Assembly: GCA_949358305.1 (NCBI GenBank) | Contig: OX442314.1 | Coordinates: forward strand, 24,986,001 to 25,050,000 | Source: Strigamia acuminata | Taxonomy: Eukaryota | Length of the DNA stretch: 64,000 nt | Reading direction: 5' to 3' | Position numbers and translations under genes: made by a program | Notes under the pieces: generated by a model | What the model was told of the DNA's origin: nothing | The model's input: the letters and a program-made list of their open reading frames with translations, nothing else | Database searches by the model: none | In this document: piece after piece, positions 1-12,228 of the stretch | Layout of the letters: every line of letters begins with the position of its first letter | Numbering within the stretch: the first letter of the stretch is position 1

Positions 1-713
1 TTCCTTTTCCAATTTGATTCACAACTTCTTCTATTAGTTCGTGCTGTTATCAGTTTCCATCATTGTCGCATGTCTCTCACTGGCTTCTGCGGCTCTCTCT
101 AAGGTTAATAATGATGCTAAACTGAGCTTTTTCTCCCGCAAAAGTCGTCTGGTTACATACGTGTCCATAATTTCAGTTGCTTCCTCTATCAGCTGTCTAA
201 AGATGTGCCTTTCGTACCGCAAGTTTTTCCTCGGAGTGAAGTCACTGGCCAACGCAACTTTTGTTGTTTCGTAATCCTTTTGAGTTTTGTTCAATCTCCA
301 ATAGCGTGTCATAAATGTCCTGCACATCTGTGCCTGCCAAATGTAGCAAAACTGCCTTTATCTGCGTGGCATCAACGCATTCATCCATTTGGTCCATTGT
401 TGATCCAATTTCCTTCCGATATGATGAATGAACTCAAATGTGATGCCATTTTCTCTTTTCCGAATTTCCTCTTTCCAAAGTTTCACTCACATGCACAGAT
501 TAATGTCCCTTGTCTCTCTGCTTATTCCTCCACCACGTTAGTCCTTTTTTTTAAAATCCCATCCTCGTCGTCATTGTCGTGGTCGAAGAACCAATGTGTA
601 TTCAACGAGTCAGTGTAATGAAGAGTTTATTGATTACAAAGGCACGCTGCTACAGGTGTGCGTACAGCTTACGCCATCTAGTGGCAACATGTGACTTCAA
701 GGACACTACAACA
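1..713 (-). mobile_element. Degenerate Ty3/gypsy LTR retrotransposon 5' end (LTR ~575-713, PBS 562-573, broken gag), truncated by window edge
   Basis: Short LTR bounded by TGT..ACA; minus-strand PBS-like TGACGACGAGGA directly inside it; frameshifted gag peptide (YERHIFRQL..E..DTYVTR); near-identical to 4610-5166. Confidence 0.8.
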
Positions 714-750
714 CACTCATCAATAACATTCTAGCAAAAATCAACTTTAT
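714..750 (-). pseudogene. Relic of Ly6 signal-peptide exon 1, interrupted by the LTR; start codon ATG->ATA
   Basis: caataacattctagcaaaaatcaactttattttggtccgaact aligns with exon 1 and 5' flank of the intact gene at 9981-10050. Confidence 0.7.
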
Positions 751-921
751 TTTGGTCCGAACTGTGTTCTATAAATGACGTGCAGAATCCTTGTGCGAGC
801 AAAAAAACTCCAGCCTAGTGTGTGTATGAAAAGGCTTCCTGTTGACTCAATTTCTGCTTCAAAGCTGATCCAAAAAAAACAAGAAAATTAACCAAATCTC
901 AGCTTAACTAGTAAAGAATAA

Positions 922-1703
922 GGCGGTGGCTATTTCCACCCCCTAGAGGGTGAAAATAGAATCTGGGCTATTTCCACCCCCTAGAGGGTGAAAATAGGAT
1001 ATAGGCGATTTCCACCCCCTTGGAGGGTGGAAATATCTGATTTGAGTTATTTTCACCCCCTTGGAAGGTGGAAATATCTTATTTGAGCTATTTCCACCCC
1101 CTTGGAGGGTGAAAATATCTTGGTGGCTATTTCCACCCACTGATAAAAACATGTTAAATAGAAAATAGCCTTGTGTGTGGTAGCGTAATACCATATCGCG
1201 GTATTTCTTTCACGAAGCAATACCGCGGTATTCCCAAAAATATCGAAAAACAGTATACTGTAATACCGCATATTCTGCAAATACTGGATATTCTGCATAT
1301 ACCACAAATACCACAATTCAATTGTGTTTTTCATCGTTTTCTTTCATTTTTTATTTGATTTTCATCAATTTGTTTCATTTCTAGTTTTATTTTCATCATT
1401 TTGATTCATTTCTAGTTTGATTTTTATTGTTTTGTGTAATTAAAAACAATGAAAACAATTTTTAATTGCACAAAACGATGAAAATTAAACAAGTAATGGA
1501 ACAAATTGATGAAAATCAAGCAAGAAATGGAACAAACGATAAAAAACACTTGAATTTGAAGGAAACGATGAAAAACACTTGCATTTGAAGAAAACGATGA
1601 AACACAGTGGGTGAAATTAGCCAATCAAATGCGTTTCTCGAAAGGGGGTGGAAATAGCCCCGATTCTATTTTCACCCTCTAGGGGGTGGAAATAGCCAGT
1701 CCG
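922..1703. mobile_element. Non-autonomous MULE/foldback-like DNA element with 9-bp TSD
   Basis: AAAGAATAA at 913-921 and 1704-1712; ~60-bp imperfect TIRs (ggctatttccaccccctagagggtgaaaatag) with subterminal repeats; absent from the duplicated copy near 5365. Confidence 0.85.
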
Positions 1704-2349
1704 AAAGAATAACGCTCAAAGATACGCGAAATCGAATGCAAAAATTTTTCATTCAAATTCTTTCACTTACTCCAAAAATAGGCAACAAATTGTGTGTTTC
1801 TCTGCACGACTTAACGTCAATTGCGCTCTGGCGATGTGGTCGATTCGTTGCAATGCAACCGCTGTAATGGATTTAAGGCCGGCGTCATTGTGCCTATATG
1901 CCAAGGAGTGGTTGCTAGGAGAATCCGTATGTTTTTATTTAGTCAATGCAGTGCTGTTGACCTTTATAGAACCGTCTATGAGCGTGTCTGGTGATGTATT
2001 GGAAAATGGCGTTTTATCAAACAAATAACTTTATTTTATAGTTGAAACAAAGTTTGTTTAAACTTTTCTTCTTCGTTTTGATTGTAGTTTTTAGTCTTTC
2101 GTATTCGTATCCAGAGAGAATTATGGAAGTCCGTCAAGTTTATTTATTCTTGTGTAAAACACTAAAACTGCCTGTATTTAACATTTCGATTTGTTTTACT
2201 TTTACAATTCACACACAGATCATATTCAACGTGTAAAAAAACGGTTTAATGTGAACGACGTGTTAAATTACATTAAAATTATTAATTTTTGTAGAAATGT
2301 ATCGATATTTTTTACGAAATACACACTTAGAGAGCGAATAAAACATTTC

Positions 2350-2906
2350 TTACATAAACCTTTGCTTCAAAACAGCCACCAATGCGACAGAAAACATCAT
2401 CATTTTGTCCATTTCATTGACTTGCGCATTGTTGCACAGATCTGTGTTGCAGTTACAAATACTTCCCTTCAAGCCTCCGACGGTTGACGCCACACAATTA
2501 TCGCCCGAAGGCGCCACAAAACATTTCTTCTCAATATCTAACATTACCAAACAAAATAAAAAAAATTTTAAAAAGAATAATTTATAGAAAAGAAAGAAAT
2601 GTATTTACGGCCTGGCGCTTCGAATTTGTAACAAGCATTGTTCGAATCGACACATTCTGTAGGATTTTCCACACAATTCTTCGCACCCTTGCATTGGTAG
2701 CACTTGAGTGAAAGTGCTGTGCACATGAAACGAGACAAAAATATTGCAACAACAAGTTTACTTTTAACAGGATATGAACGTTTAGAATAAATTTCTGAGT
2801 TTTTGATGTTAGAAAATTAGTTTTTTGAATAATTGTAGGGATTATTTCTGTTTTTACCGTTATGAACGATGGAGATGAACAAAAGTCCTAAGAAAAACAG
2901 CTTCAT
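2350..2906 (-). CDS. Ly6/uPAR three-finger GPI-anchored protein, copy A (exons 2906-2858, 2716-2609, 2537-2350)
   Basis: Spliced product MKLFFLGLLFISIVHNALSLKCYQC...SICNCNTDLCNN plus hydrophobic tail; 10 Cys in LU pattern; phase-1 GT-AG introns. Confidence 0.9.
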
Positions 2907-2965
2907 GATAGATGAATTAGATCGCAAGGAAAGTGAGAGTGAAAACTTTGACGAACTCGGTTTAA

Positions 2966-5166
2966 TTCACCCACGCCTTTGACTAATCATGGAGCTCTGT
3001 TCCGCGCGCATGTTCACACCATCGCTACCGTAGTTGGTTTGATCCTGAATCATTGTCCACTCAAACGTCATGTCCTTTCGCGCAACACTCCTCAACGGTT
3101 CCGCAATTGAGTCATAATTCCTGATGTATCGCGCGCGATAATTCCCGAGGCCCAAAAAACTCCTCACCTCCGTTGCATTCTTCGGAGCAGTGGCATCTCA
3201 CGCAGCCTTCACTTTTTGTTCGGTGATTGATATTCCGTCTTTTGATACTAAAGGGTGTCCCAAAAATAACGCAAGATTTGAATTCGCCGCCATTTGTGCA
3301 GTAAATTGTTTGCAACCCTGAAACAACAACAAATTGACAGCTGATAGTTTAGGGTTAGGTTTAGGGTTAGTGAAAATGGAGTGTTACACAATACAACAAC
3401 GTATTTAGGGTTAGTAAAAATGGAGCGTTACACGATACAACAACGTGTAACAATTCAATTACCGGTACTGCATGAGACATTTCCTGATCGTGTACTCTTT
3501 CGTTTCGGTGATCAGAATTGTAATGCATGGTTGGTTGTGGGCTTGTTGACATAGACCTTTGACTTCAAATCACCCCATAAAGAGAAATCTAATGTCGACC
3601 CATGCTTTTCCAGGACTGCCAAAACTTTCCCTAATCGCACATCATGTTCTCTTATTGTCTTTCCATAAACGATAATATCGTCCAAACTATTCTTCGTGCC
3701 ATCGAACTCCTTTAAGATGGTTTGGACTATCCGGCGAAACCATGGGCGAAACCCACTCTGTCGGTCCAGTAAAAGGCTCAATTGATGTCTTGCTCCAATA
3801 AATTATTGATCTCCTCATGCACTAATTTCCTAATATGGAAAGGAATCCTTTGCACTGACTGTGCAACTGGTCTTCATGATGGATCCACGTATAATTCAAA
3901 TCTTTCAATTTATCGATCCTGGAAAATATGTTTTATGTTTTCTTATTTTCTCCGCTAATTCCTCTCTTACTCCGCTCAAAACCGTGTTTAAGGTCGTCTC
4001 CTCCTCGGCTGTACACACTGTCGCCTTTTTTAAACTCAACAAATCCAATTGTTGTGATGTTTCTCTCCCCAATAGGGAAACATTTCCTTTGGTATGTCCA
4101 TGAACTTGGAGTGTACGCTTTTCTCCTCAGTCTTAATTTCAGCTTCAAATCGTCCTTTATTTCTAGCGGTTTATCAAATCCACAGGCAAATAATTTGGTT
4201 CTCACCGGTTTCAGCTCTACCCCTCGATTGTTCAACACATTCCAAGTTTTCAAATCAATTAAATTCACAGTAGAACCCGAGTCCAATAATACATTCACTT
4301 CTTGGTTTCCAATTGTCACTTTCACTCTTTCCTCTTTGTCACGGGACTCAACTTGGAAAACGTACTCGTTGTCGTCATCCACCACATCTCGTTCACTCAC
4401 ACCGACATACTGCATGCGTTCCGTCCCTCTTCGGTTTCCTCGTCCTCTCGGAAATTTCAGTCTGCAAACTTTCTCAAAATGTCCAAGTTTGTGGCAAAAA
4501 CTACATTCGTTTTCTTTTACCACACTGCATCTGCAATCGTTCAAAATTTGGTCTACAATCAAATCTTCTTCTGAAATTCCGTACTCGCACGCTTTCACAG
4601 CGGCTTTTAATCTGGTTACATACGTGTCCATAATTTCAGTTGCTTCCTCTTTCAGCTGTCTAAAGATGTGTCTTTCGTACCACAAGTTTTTCCTCGGATT
4701 GAAGTCACAGGCCAACGTAACTTTTGTTGTTTCGTAATCCTTTTGTTCAATCGCCAATAGCGTTTCATAAATGTCCTGCACATCTGGCCTGCCAAATGTA
4801 GCAAAACTGCCTTTATCTGCGTGGCATCAACGCATTCATCCATTTGGTCCATTGTTGATCCAATTTCCTTCCGATATGATGCATTAGTAACTCAAATGTG
4901 ATGCCATTTTCTCTTTTCCGAATTTCTTCTTTCCAAAATTTCACTCACACGCACAGATTAATGTCCCTTGTCTCTTTGGTTATTCCTCCACCATGTTAAA
5001 GTCCTTTTTTTAAAATCCCATCCTCGTCTTCATTGTCGTGGTCGAGGAACCGATGTGTATTCAACGAGTCAGTGTAATGAAGAGTTTATTGATTGTCTGG
5101 CTACAGGTGTGCGTACAGCTTACGCCATCTAGTGGCAGCATGTGACTTTAAGGACACTACAAAACA
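2966..5166 (-). mobile_element. Degenerate Ty3/gypsy retrotransposon (LTR ~5034-5166, gag-CCHC-protease, RT and RNaseH-linker fragments)
   Basis: ORF 3933-4781 has CSFCHKLGHFEKVC and LLDSGSTVN; RT-like LDDIIVYG in 3512-3781; RSFLGLGNY in 2967-3167; multiple frameshifts; no 3' LTR seen. Confidence 0.9.
3250..3594. mobile_element. Tc1/mariner transposase remnant nested in the gypsy pol region
   Basis: TIR-like aagggtgtcccaaaa after TA; plus-strand ETFPDRVLFRFGDQN near 3475-3518; minus-strand LDFSLWGDLKSKVYVNKPTT near 3520-3594. Confidence 0.7.
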
Positions 5167-5203
5167 CACTCATCAATAACATTCCAGCAAAAATCAACTT
5201 TAT
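5167..5203 (-). pseudogene. Second copy of the LTR-interrupted Ly6 exon 1 relic
   Basis: Same LTR junction and same ATG->ATA change as 714-750. Confidence 0.7.
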
Positions 5204-6013
5204 TTTGGTCCGAACTGTGTTCTGTATATGACGTGCAGAATCCTTGTGCGAGCAAAAAAACTCCAGCCCAGTGTATGTATGAAAAGACTTCTTGTTGACT
5301 CAATTTCTGCTTCAAAGCTTATCAAAAAAGAACAAGAAAATTAACCAAATCTCAGCTTTACTAGTAAAAAAAATAACGCTCAAAGATACGCGAAATCGAA
5401 TGCAAAAATTTTTCATTCAAATTCTTTCACTTACTCCAAAAATAGGCAACAAATTGTGTGTTTCTCTGCACGACTTAACGTCAATTGCGCTCTGGCGATG
5501 TGGTCGATTCGTTGCAATGCAACCGCTGTAATGGATTTAAGGCCGGCGTCATTGTGCCTATATGCCAAGGAGTGGTTGCTAGGAGAATCCGTATATTTTT
5601 ATTTAGTCAATGCAGTGCTGTTGACCTTTATAGAACCGTCTATGAGCGTGTCTGGTGATGTATTGGAAAATGGCGTTTTATCAAACAAATAACTTTATTT
5701 TATAGTTGAAACAAAGTTTGTTTAAACTTTTCTTCTTCGTTTTGATTGTAGTTTTTAGTCTTTCGTATTCGTATCCAGAGAGAATTATGGAAGTCCGTCA
5801 AGTTTATTTATTCTTGTGTAAAACACTAAAACTGCCTGTATTTAACATTTCGATTTGTTTTACTTTTACAATTCACACACAGATCATATTCAACGTGTAA
5901 AAAAACGGTTTAATGTGAACGACGTGTTAAATTACATTAAAATTATTAATTTTTGTAGAAATGTATCGATATTTTTTACGAAATACACACTTAGAGAGCG
6001 AATAAAACATTTC

Positions 6014-6571
6014 TTACACAAACCTTTGCTTCAAAACAGCCACCAATGCGACAGAAAACATCATCATTTTGTCCATTCCATTGACTTGCGCATTGTTGCA
6101 CAGATCTGTGTTGCAGTTACAAATACTTCCCTTCAAGCCTCCGACGGTTGACGCCACGCAATTATCGCTCGTTGCCGCGACAAAACATTTCTTCTCAATA
6201 CCTAACATTACCAAACAAAATAAAAAAAATTTTAAAAAGAATAATTTATAGAAAAGAAAGAAATGTATTTACGGCCTGGCGCTTCGAATTTGTAACAAGC
6301 ATTGTTTGAATCGACACATTCTGTAGGATTTTCCACACAATTCTTCTCACCCTTGCACTGGTAGCACTTGAGTGAAAGTGCTGTGGACATGAAACGGGAC
6401 AAAAATATTGCAACAATAAGTTTACTTTTAACAGGATATGAATGTTTAGAATAAATTTCAGTGTTTTCCATGTTAGAAAATTAGTTTTTTAAATATTTTT
6501 TGAGATTATTTCTGTTTTTTACCGTTATGAACGATGGAGATGAACAAAAGTCCTAAGAAAAACAGCTTCAT
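6014..6571 (-). CDS. Ly6/uPAR three-finger GPI-anchored protein, copy B (three exons)
   Basis: Recent duplicate of copy A with intact splice sites and 10 Cys; about 7 amino-acid differences. Confidence 0.9.
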
Positions 6572-7319
6572 GATAGATGAATTCGATCGGAAGGAGAGTG
6601 AGAGTGTAAACTTTGACGCTCTGGCGTTGTTATAACAATATAATGGATTTAAGGCCAGGGAGCGTCCAAAGGCACTGCATCAACAACAAATTCTCCTAGC
6701 AACCACTGTGGTTGCTAGGAGAATTTTTAAACCCTATGATTTTTTATTGTTTGTTATGAGGTTGTCATGGGCCACTTCATAAAATTTTACTATTTCTTTT
6801 ATTAAAATGTTTATGGCTGATCAAATGGATTGTGTTAATGTTAACCCTAGCAGTATCAACCTAAAAAGATCGTATGTAATAGAGACTATAGAAATATCAA
6901 ATTTTATATTTGGAAAGTTGTCATTTGCTAATGGGAAACTCAGACTGTATATTTTATCTTTGGAAAGTTGTTATTTATTGATTGAAAACTCATATACGGT
7001 ATTTTGTACTTGGAAATGTTATCTTTACTGGTTGAGAAACATATGTCTAACTGTTTGGAAATGTAATACATATATCATGCTATAAAAAGTTGCTTGGAAA
7101 CGGTTGCATTCCGTGTTGTGTAGTCATTGGAAATTTCATGTTGTGTACAATTTGGATATGTAACTTTCGGGTTTGGATATTTCACATTTCGGTTATATTT
7201 CCAACATATTTTTCTTGTTGAAAATCTAATTTTTTTGCAGTCGATGCAAATCCGTATCGCTCCCAGGTCTGGATCCTTCAACTTAAACGCGCTTGACTTG
7301 GCCATAAAAATGGTGAAGG

Positions 7320-8083
7320 ACTAATAGATTTATACACTTCCCTACTCAGAAGACTTAAGCTTACTTGAGCTCCAGAATCAATCCCGAATGTTACTCGAAT
7401 CCTACATCAGCCCATGATGACTTCCATCCTCAGCATCCTCTGCCTCGCTTCTATATCTTCGCCACGTACTTTTAATTTCACCACTCGTACGAACCTTTCA
7501 TCCCTCTGCCAATGCTTGTCCACTTCCGGTGTTTCTACTGTTCGACCTTGAACGACAAAATTTCAAAAAATGTCCCACCTTACCAAAAACCGTACTAAAA
7601 ATATTGTACACGCTCTCACCGATGTAGTATAGAAGCATAGCACGTCTGCGTTCATCATCCCTTATCGCAGCCGCAGTTCAAAACACTTCATATCGGCTAA
7701 CCCACTTATTCCACTGCTGATTTTGCGTGGCTGGCTCACCATAGGCTTAGGCTTAGGCGAGATGGGCGCCGCCATTTTAGTCATTGACAAACGACCTTGC
7801 CTGACACAACACTCAAATTCCGATCAATTTTCACACCAACTCACACTACAATTGTCCAACACGCGCCGAAAAACAAACACAATCTCGCTCCTCAGTCCTC
7901 GTCGCCAATGTAATGTTCTGTCCGTTAAAGCACGACTGATGGATGATAACAAACAATGCGGTTTTATTCCTGGTTACTTGTGAACTGGCTCTCGCAATGT
8001 GTCACTCACATAAATAGCCTCCTATTACATTTAAGCGCCCTCTGGCGCTAAATTACAATTAACAATAAATGATCACATCAACA
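7320..8083 (-). mobile_element. Internally deleted Ty3/gypsy remnant of a different family (LTR ~7909-8083, PBS 7896-7907)
   Basis: PBS TGGCGACGAGGA; gag-like DDERRRAMLLYYIGESVYNIF; protease-like IDSGAQVS. Confidence 0.75.
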
Positions 8084-9002
8084 CAGTCAAGTGATAATTG
8101 AATTGTAATTGATGCAGCATCAGTGATCGCCATTAACAGGTTTCACTGTATTTTTAAATAAAAGCTGAAAAAAGTTAACGGGTGATTATGAAACTGTCGC
8201 GATTATGGATTCGTGTAATGTTTCAGACAAGTTTTATGGATTTTTTATTTCCTCATTTCCCATTACGCAATAACGCATAAGGTGAAGGTAAACCAATCGA
8301 TTTACCTTGAATTATTCCAGCCAAGTTAAACTGCAGGAACAAACAAAAACAAATACACACAAATGGAAATGATGTCATGTTTGCGACAGGACATGACTGT
8401 GACCTCAGATATTGAAATGCACGTGTTGACGTTGATAAGAAATTTTATTCACGAGATTTTGGTTACAACTCGCCATTTTGTAGTTGTTTTTGTTGTGCAA
8501 ATAATTATTTCTAGGCACACAAGCAGAAATTGTTGGTTCAAAAGACGCCACACGTCATCTGTGTCAATTCTAGTTTTGGAACACTTTGAAAAAGTCAAAT
8601 TAATGCATTCGTATGAGCACACAAGTTTTCGCAGTCAGGCACCAATCGGGTAAAAGCCAACTTAAAAATAGCACAAAGTTTGTTTAAACTTTTCTTCTTT
8701 CGTTTTAATTATAGTTATTAGCCTTTCGTGTCCATTTAATAATCTCTCTGGGAGTATTGAACGTCGTGGAGAGAATTATGGATTATGGAAGTCGGTCAAG
8801 GTTATTTATTCTTGTGTAAAACTGCCTGTATTTAACTTTTCGAATTATTTTACTTTCACAATTCACACACAAATCATTTTCAACGTTTTAAAAAAGCGGT
8901 TTAATGTGAACGACGTGTTAAATTACATCAAAATTATTAATTTCTATAGAAATAAATCGATATTTTTTACGAAATACACACATAGAGCGCGAATAAAACA
9001 TT

Positions 9003-9130
9003 ATACATAAACTTTTGCATCAAAACAGCCACCAATCAGACAGAGAACAACATCATTTTGTCCATTCAATTGACTTGCGCATTGTTGCACAACAGATCTG
9101 TGTTGCACCAACAAATTGTTCCCTTCGTGC
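9003..9130 (-). pseudogene. Ly6 exon 3 / GPI-tail fragment of the copy A/B type
   Basis: Homologous to 2350-2470 with indels; no upstream exons. Confidence 0.7.
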
Positions 9131-9370
9131 GTTCCCGTTTTGTTTTTTTAAATTTATATTTTAATTTTTTTCCCATACAAGAATATTAATAAATATTAAA
9201 ATAAAAAAAATCCGTGAAAAGTGTGCTCTTAGAATTAGCGCCGCATAATCAAAGGTATTTCGTCGAAAGTTGAGCAAAGTATCTAATTTGTTTGTTTTAT
9301 AAATATCGTGTCATCAAACTGAATCAAAAGTAGTGCAATTACAATTAGTTAATCATTAATTAAATGCACT

Positions 9371-10032
9371 TCAGGTTGAATAATTTATTAAAAAGGACAG
9401 AAACACGAGGGTAAATGCGACCAGGCTGCTTTTCCCAATGACATTCGCGTCGTTGCAGAGGTCCGTGTTGCACCCGCATTCGAGTCCACCTGCGCCTAGG
9501 TCCACCTTGGGTTTGCATGTGTTCACAACGTCTGAATTGGTACACCCTTTCTGAAGGTAGGCTGAAATGGATACAAGCGAAATGATTATTAAAACGAAAT
9601 TTAGTAGAAAATGATCGACTTACCTATGGGTGGGGAACCTTTCACACCGATTTCTTTCTTACAGGCTTTGGTTCCACTCGGACATGTTTTTTTGGTACTA
9701 GTTTTGCATTCACCAGTGCATTCGTAACACTCAAGTGAAATTCCTTGGAAAAAAATCACAAAATCATTCAAAATTAAAGCAAAAAATACAAAAACTTAAA
9801 ATTAGACCCTAAAAAAAGATGCAGAAATACAAAATTAAACTAAAAGAAACTCAAAATTTAAAATTAAACCCAAAAGAAACTCAAAAATTCAAAATTTAAT
9901 ACAAAAAAACTTTAAAAACTTCAAAATAAAATCCCCAAAAAATTCAAAAATTTGAAATTAAATGTTTAAACATAAATTACCTAATTGCACACACACACAC
10001 AGCAATAACATTCCAGCAAAAATCAACTTCAT
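9371..10032 (-). CDS. Ly6/uPAR three-finger GPI-anchored protein, copy C (three exons)
   Basis: Spliced MKLIFAGMLLLCVCVQLGISLECYECTGEC...LECGCNTDLCNDANVIGKSSLVAFTLVFLSFLINYST*; 10 domain Cys. Confidence 0.9.
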
Positions 10033-11940
10033 TTTGGTCCGAACTGCGTTCTAAAAATGAAGTGCAGAATCTTTTAGCGAGCAAGAAAACTCCACCCCAA
10101 CGTGTGTATGAAAAAAGCTTGTTGTTGACTCAACTTCTGTTTCAGGGCCGATCCAAAAAGAACATGAAAATTAACCAAATCTCAACTTAACTAAACAAAA
10201 AATAATGTTTAAAGATACGCAAAATGACTTACCCCAAAGACAGGCAACAAATCGAGTGTTTCGCTGCACGACTTAACGTCAATTGCGTTCTGGCGATGTG
10301 GCAGAATCGTTGTTATTACCACTTTGGTTGCTAGGAGATTTTTTAAATCCATTAATTTATTATTGTTTGTTACGGGGTTGTCATGGATGTGTTCGTCTAC
10401 TTCTTAAAATGTTTCTATTTCTTTCATTAAAAATATTCAAGGTTGATCGAATGGAATATGTTAAATTAACCCTAGCAGTACCAACCTAAAAAAAAAACCT
10501 CATACTCACCCCAACACGGGTCAGTTTTGACCAAAAGCCAAAAAAAAACTTTCCTAAAATTTGTGAAAATGATTTTATTCTCTGAGTATTTCATGTTTAT
10601 GAAGAAAAAACTTGGCGGAAAAAAGGTGGCGGTTCCACCACACCATCGCCAAGTTTTTCCGCCAACCCCACACCGTTTCCGCCGATGCAGTACCACAAAG
10701 TCTCTACCGCAAATGCAAGGGATGCCAATGCAAATAACAGCAAACAATCGCAAATGACAGAAAAATAATGAAAACGACCGAAAATAACCCAAAAATAATG
10801 AAAACGACTGAAAATGAGCCCAAAAATAATGAAAACGGCCGAAAATCTTACGAAAAATAACGAAAACGCTACAAAAACGACCAAAAACGTTACGAAAAAT
10901 AACAAAAACGTTGCGAAAAATAACGAAAACTACGTAAAGTTGCTGAAAACGATTGAAAACATAAAACAACTGAACACGTTACGAGAAATAGCAAATTAAA
11001 CAAAATAAATCCAGATGGTTCACAAAATGCAAGGGGCGTTGGACGTCACTGGGTGAATACAAAGATAGAAAGTTGCGAGCGCGGCGATCGAGTAAAGAAA
11101 AAGGTAGCGAAAATAATAAATCGATGACTTGTGGACGTCGCGAAGTGTCGAATCAATCGATTGTTACAGAATAAATACCTTCGATCAGCTGATCACTCGG
11201 ATCAATCGATCAAAGGAAAAAACGGTGAAAGAATTTAAACAATTCAAACTACAGTATCTTGTGATAGACTCACGTGCATAAAATAAAAGTAGTAAAAGAA
11301 TGAAACAATAAAGAAAAATTTTAAGAATTGGAAGAACACACCTGTGACAACCTCATAACAAACAATAAAAAATTTATGGGTTTAAAAATTCTAAAAAAAA
11401 AATTTCTAAAAATTTTCATACAATTATTTTTTCATACAATTATTTTTGTCACTCTTTTTCGACAAATACCGAATTGCTTAAATTTCTTCATAAACATAAA
11501 ATACTCAGAGAAAAATATCATTTTCACAAATTTTAGGACAATTTTTGTCGGCTTTGAGTCAAAAATGACCCGGGTTAGATGAGTATAAGAAATTTTTTTT
11601 TAGGTTGGTACTGATAGGGTTAATTTAACACATTCCATTCGATCAACCTTGAATATTTTTAATGAAAGAATTAGAAAAGTTGTAAGAAGTGCAAGAACAC
11701 AGTCATGTCAACCTCATAGCAAACATAAAATAATGGATTTAAAAATTCTCTTAGCAATCGAAGTGGTTGCAAGGAGAATTAGTTGTTGTTGCTGTCCTTT
11801 TGGACGCTCCGTTATAAAAACGAATCTACCACAACGCCAAAGCGCAATAGACGTTAAGTCGTGCAAAGAAACACGCAATTTGTTATCTATTTTCGGGGTA
11901 AGTGATTTCGCGTATCTTTGATCGTTATTTTTTTACTACA

Positions 11941-12155
11941 TAGTCAGCGCACGGTATCTTGATGCTAAATTCGTACTGCGCATCCCATTCTGCGCAGACG
12001 ATTTTCTAATTCCAGTTGTTATTTAGCAGTATTAAGCCTATTATTAGGCCTAATAACACTAAAATAAAGTAAATAAACAACAATAAACTCATCATTAAAA
12101 ATAATTCACACAGTATAACCAAAATATTGTTGTTTATTTACTTTATTTTAGCATT
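11941..12155. mobile_element. Truncated copy of the Tc1/mariner-type MITE seen complete at 28533-28851
   Basis: Shares ggtatcttgatgctaaattcgtactgcgcatcccattctgcgcagacg; only one arm present. Confidence 0.75.
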
Positions 12156-12228
12156 GATATATGTTGAGATTTGGTTTATTTTCATGTTCTTTTCGGATCG
12201 GCTTTTTTAGAACGCAGTTCGGACCAAA

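Noticed and set aside
1792..2028. Repeated 78-aa ORF (also 5456-5692 and similar at 15010-15291)
   Set aside because: Non-ATG start, no motif; recurrence is explained by segmental duplication of non-coding flank
3348..3370. TTAGGG/TTAGG telomere-like tract
   Set aside because: Only 3-4 imperfect units inside a mariner remnant; not an interstitial telomere
3928..4737. 269-aa plus-strand ORF
   Set aside because: Antisense shadow of the gypsy gag-protease frame
575..5166. A single full-length retrotransposon bounded by two LTRs that captured Ly6 copy A
   Set aside because: Each LTR has its own PBS and gag and the same flanking exon relic, so they are segmental duplicates
10472..10969. Hydrophobic 165-aa ORF that looks like a membrane protein
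   Set aside because: Translation of T-rich tandem repeats
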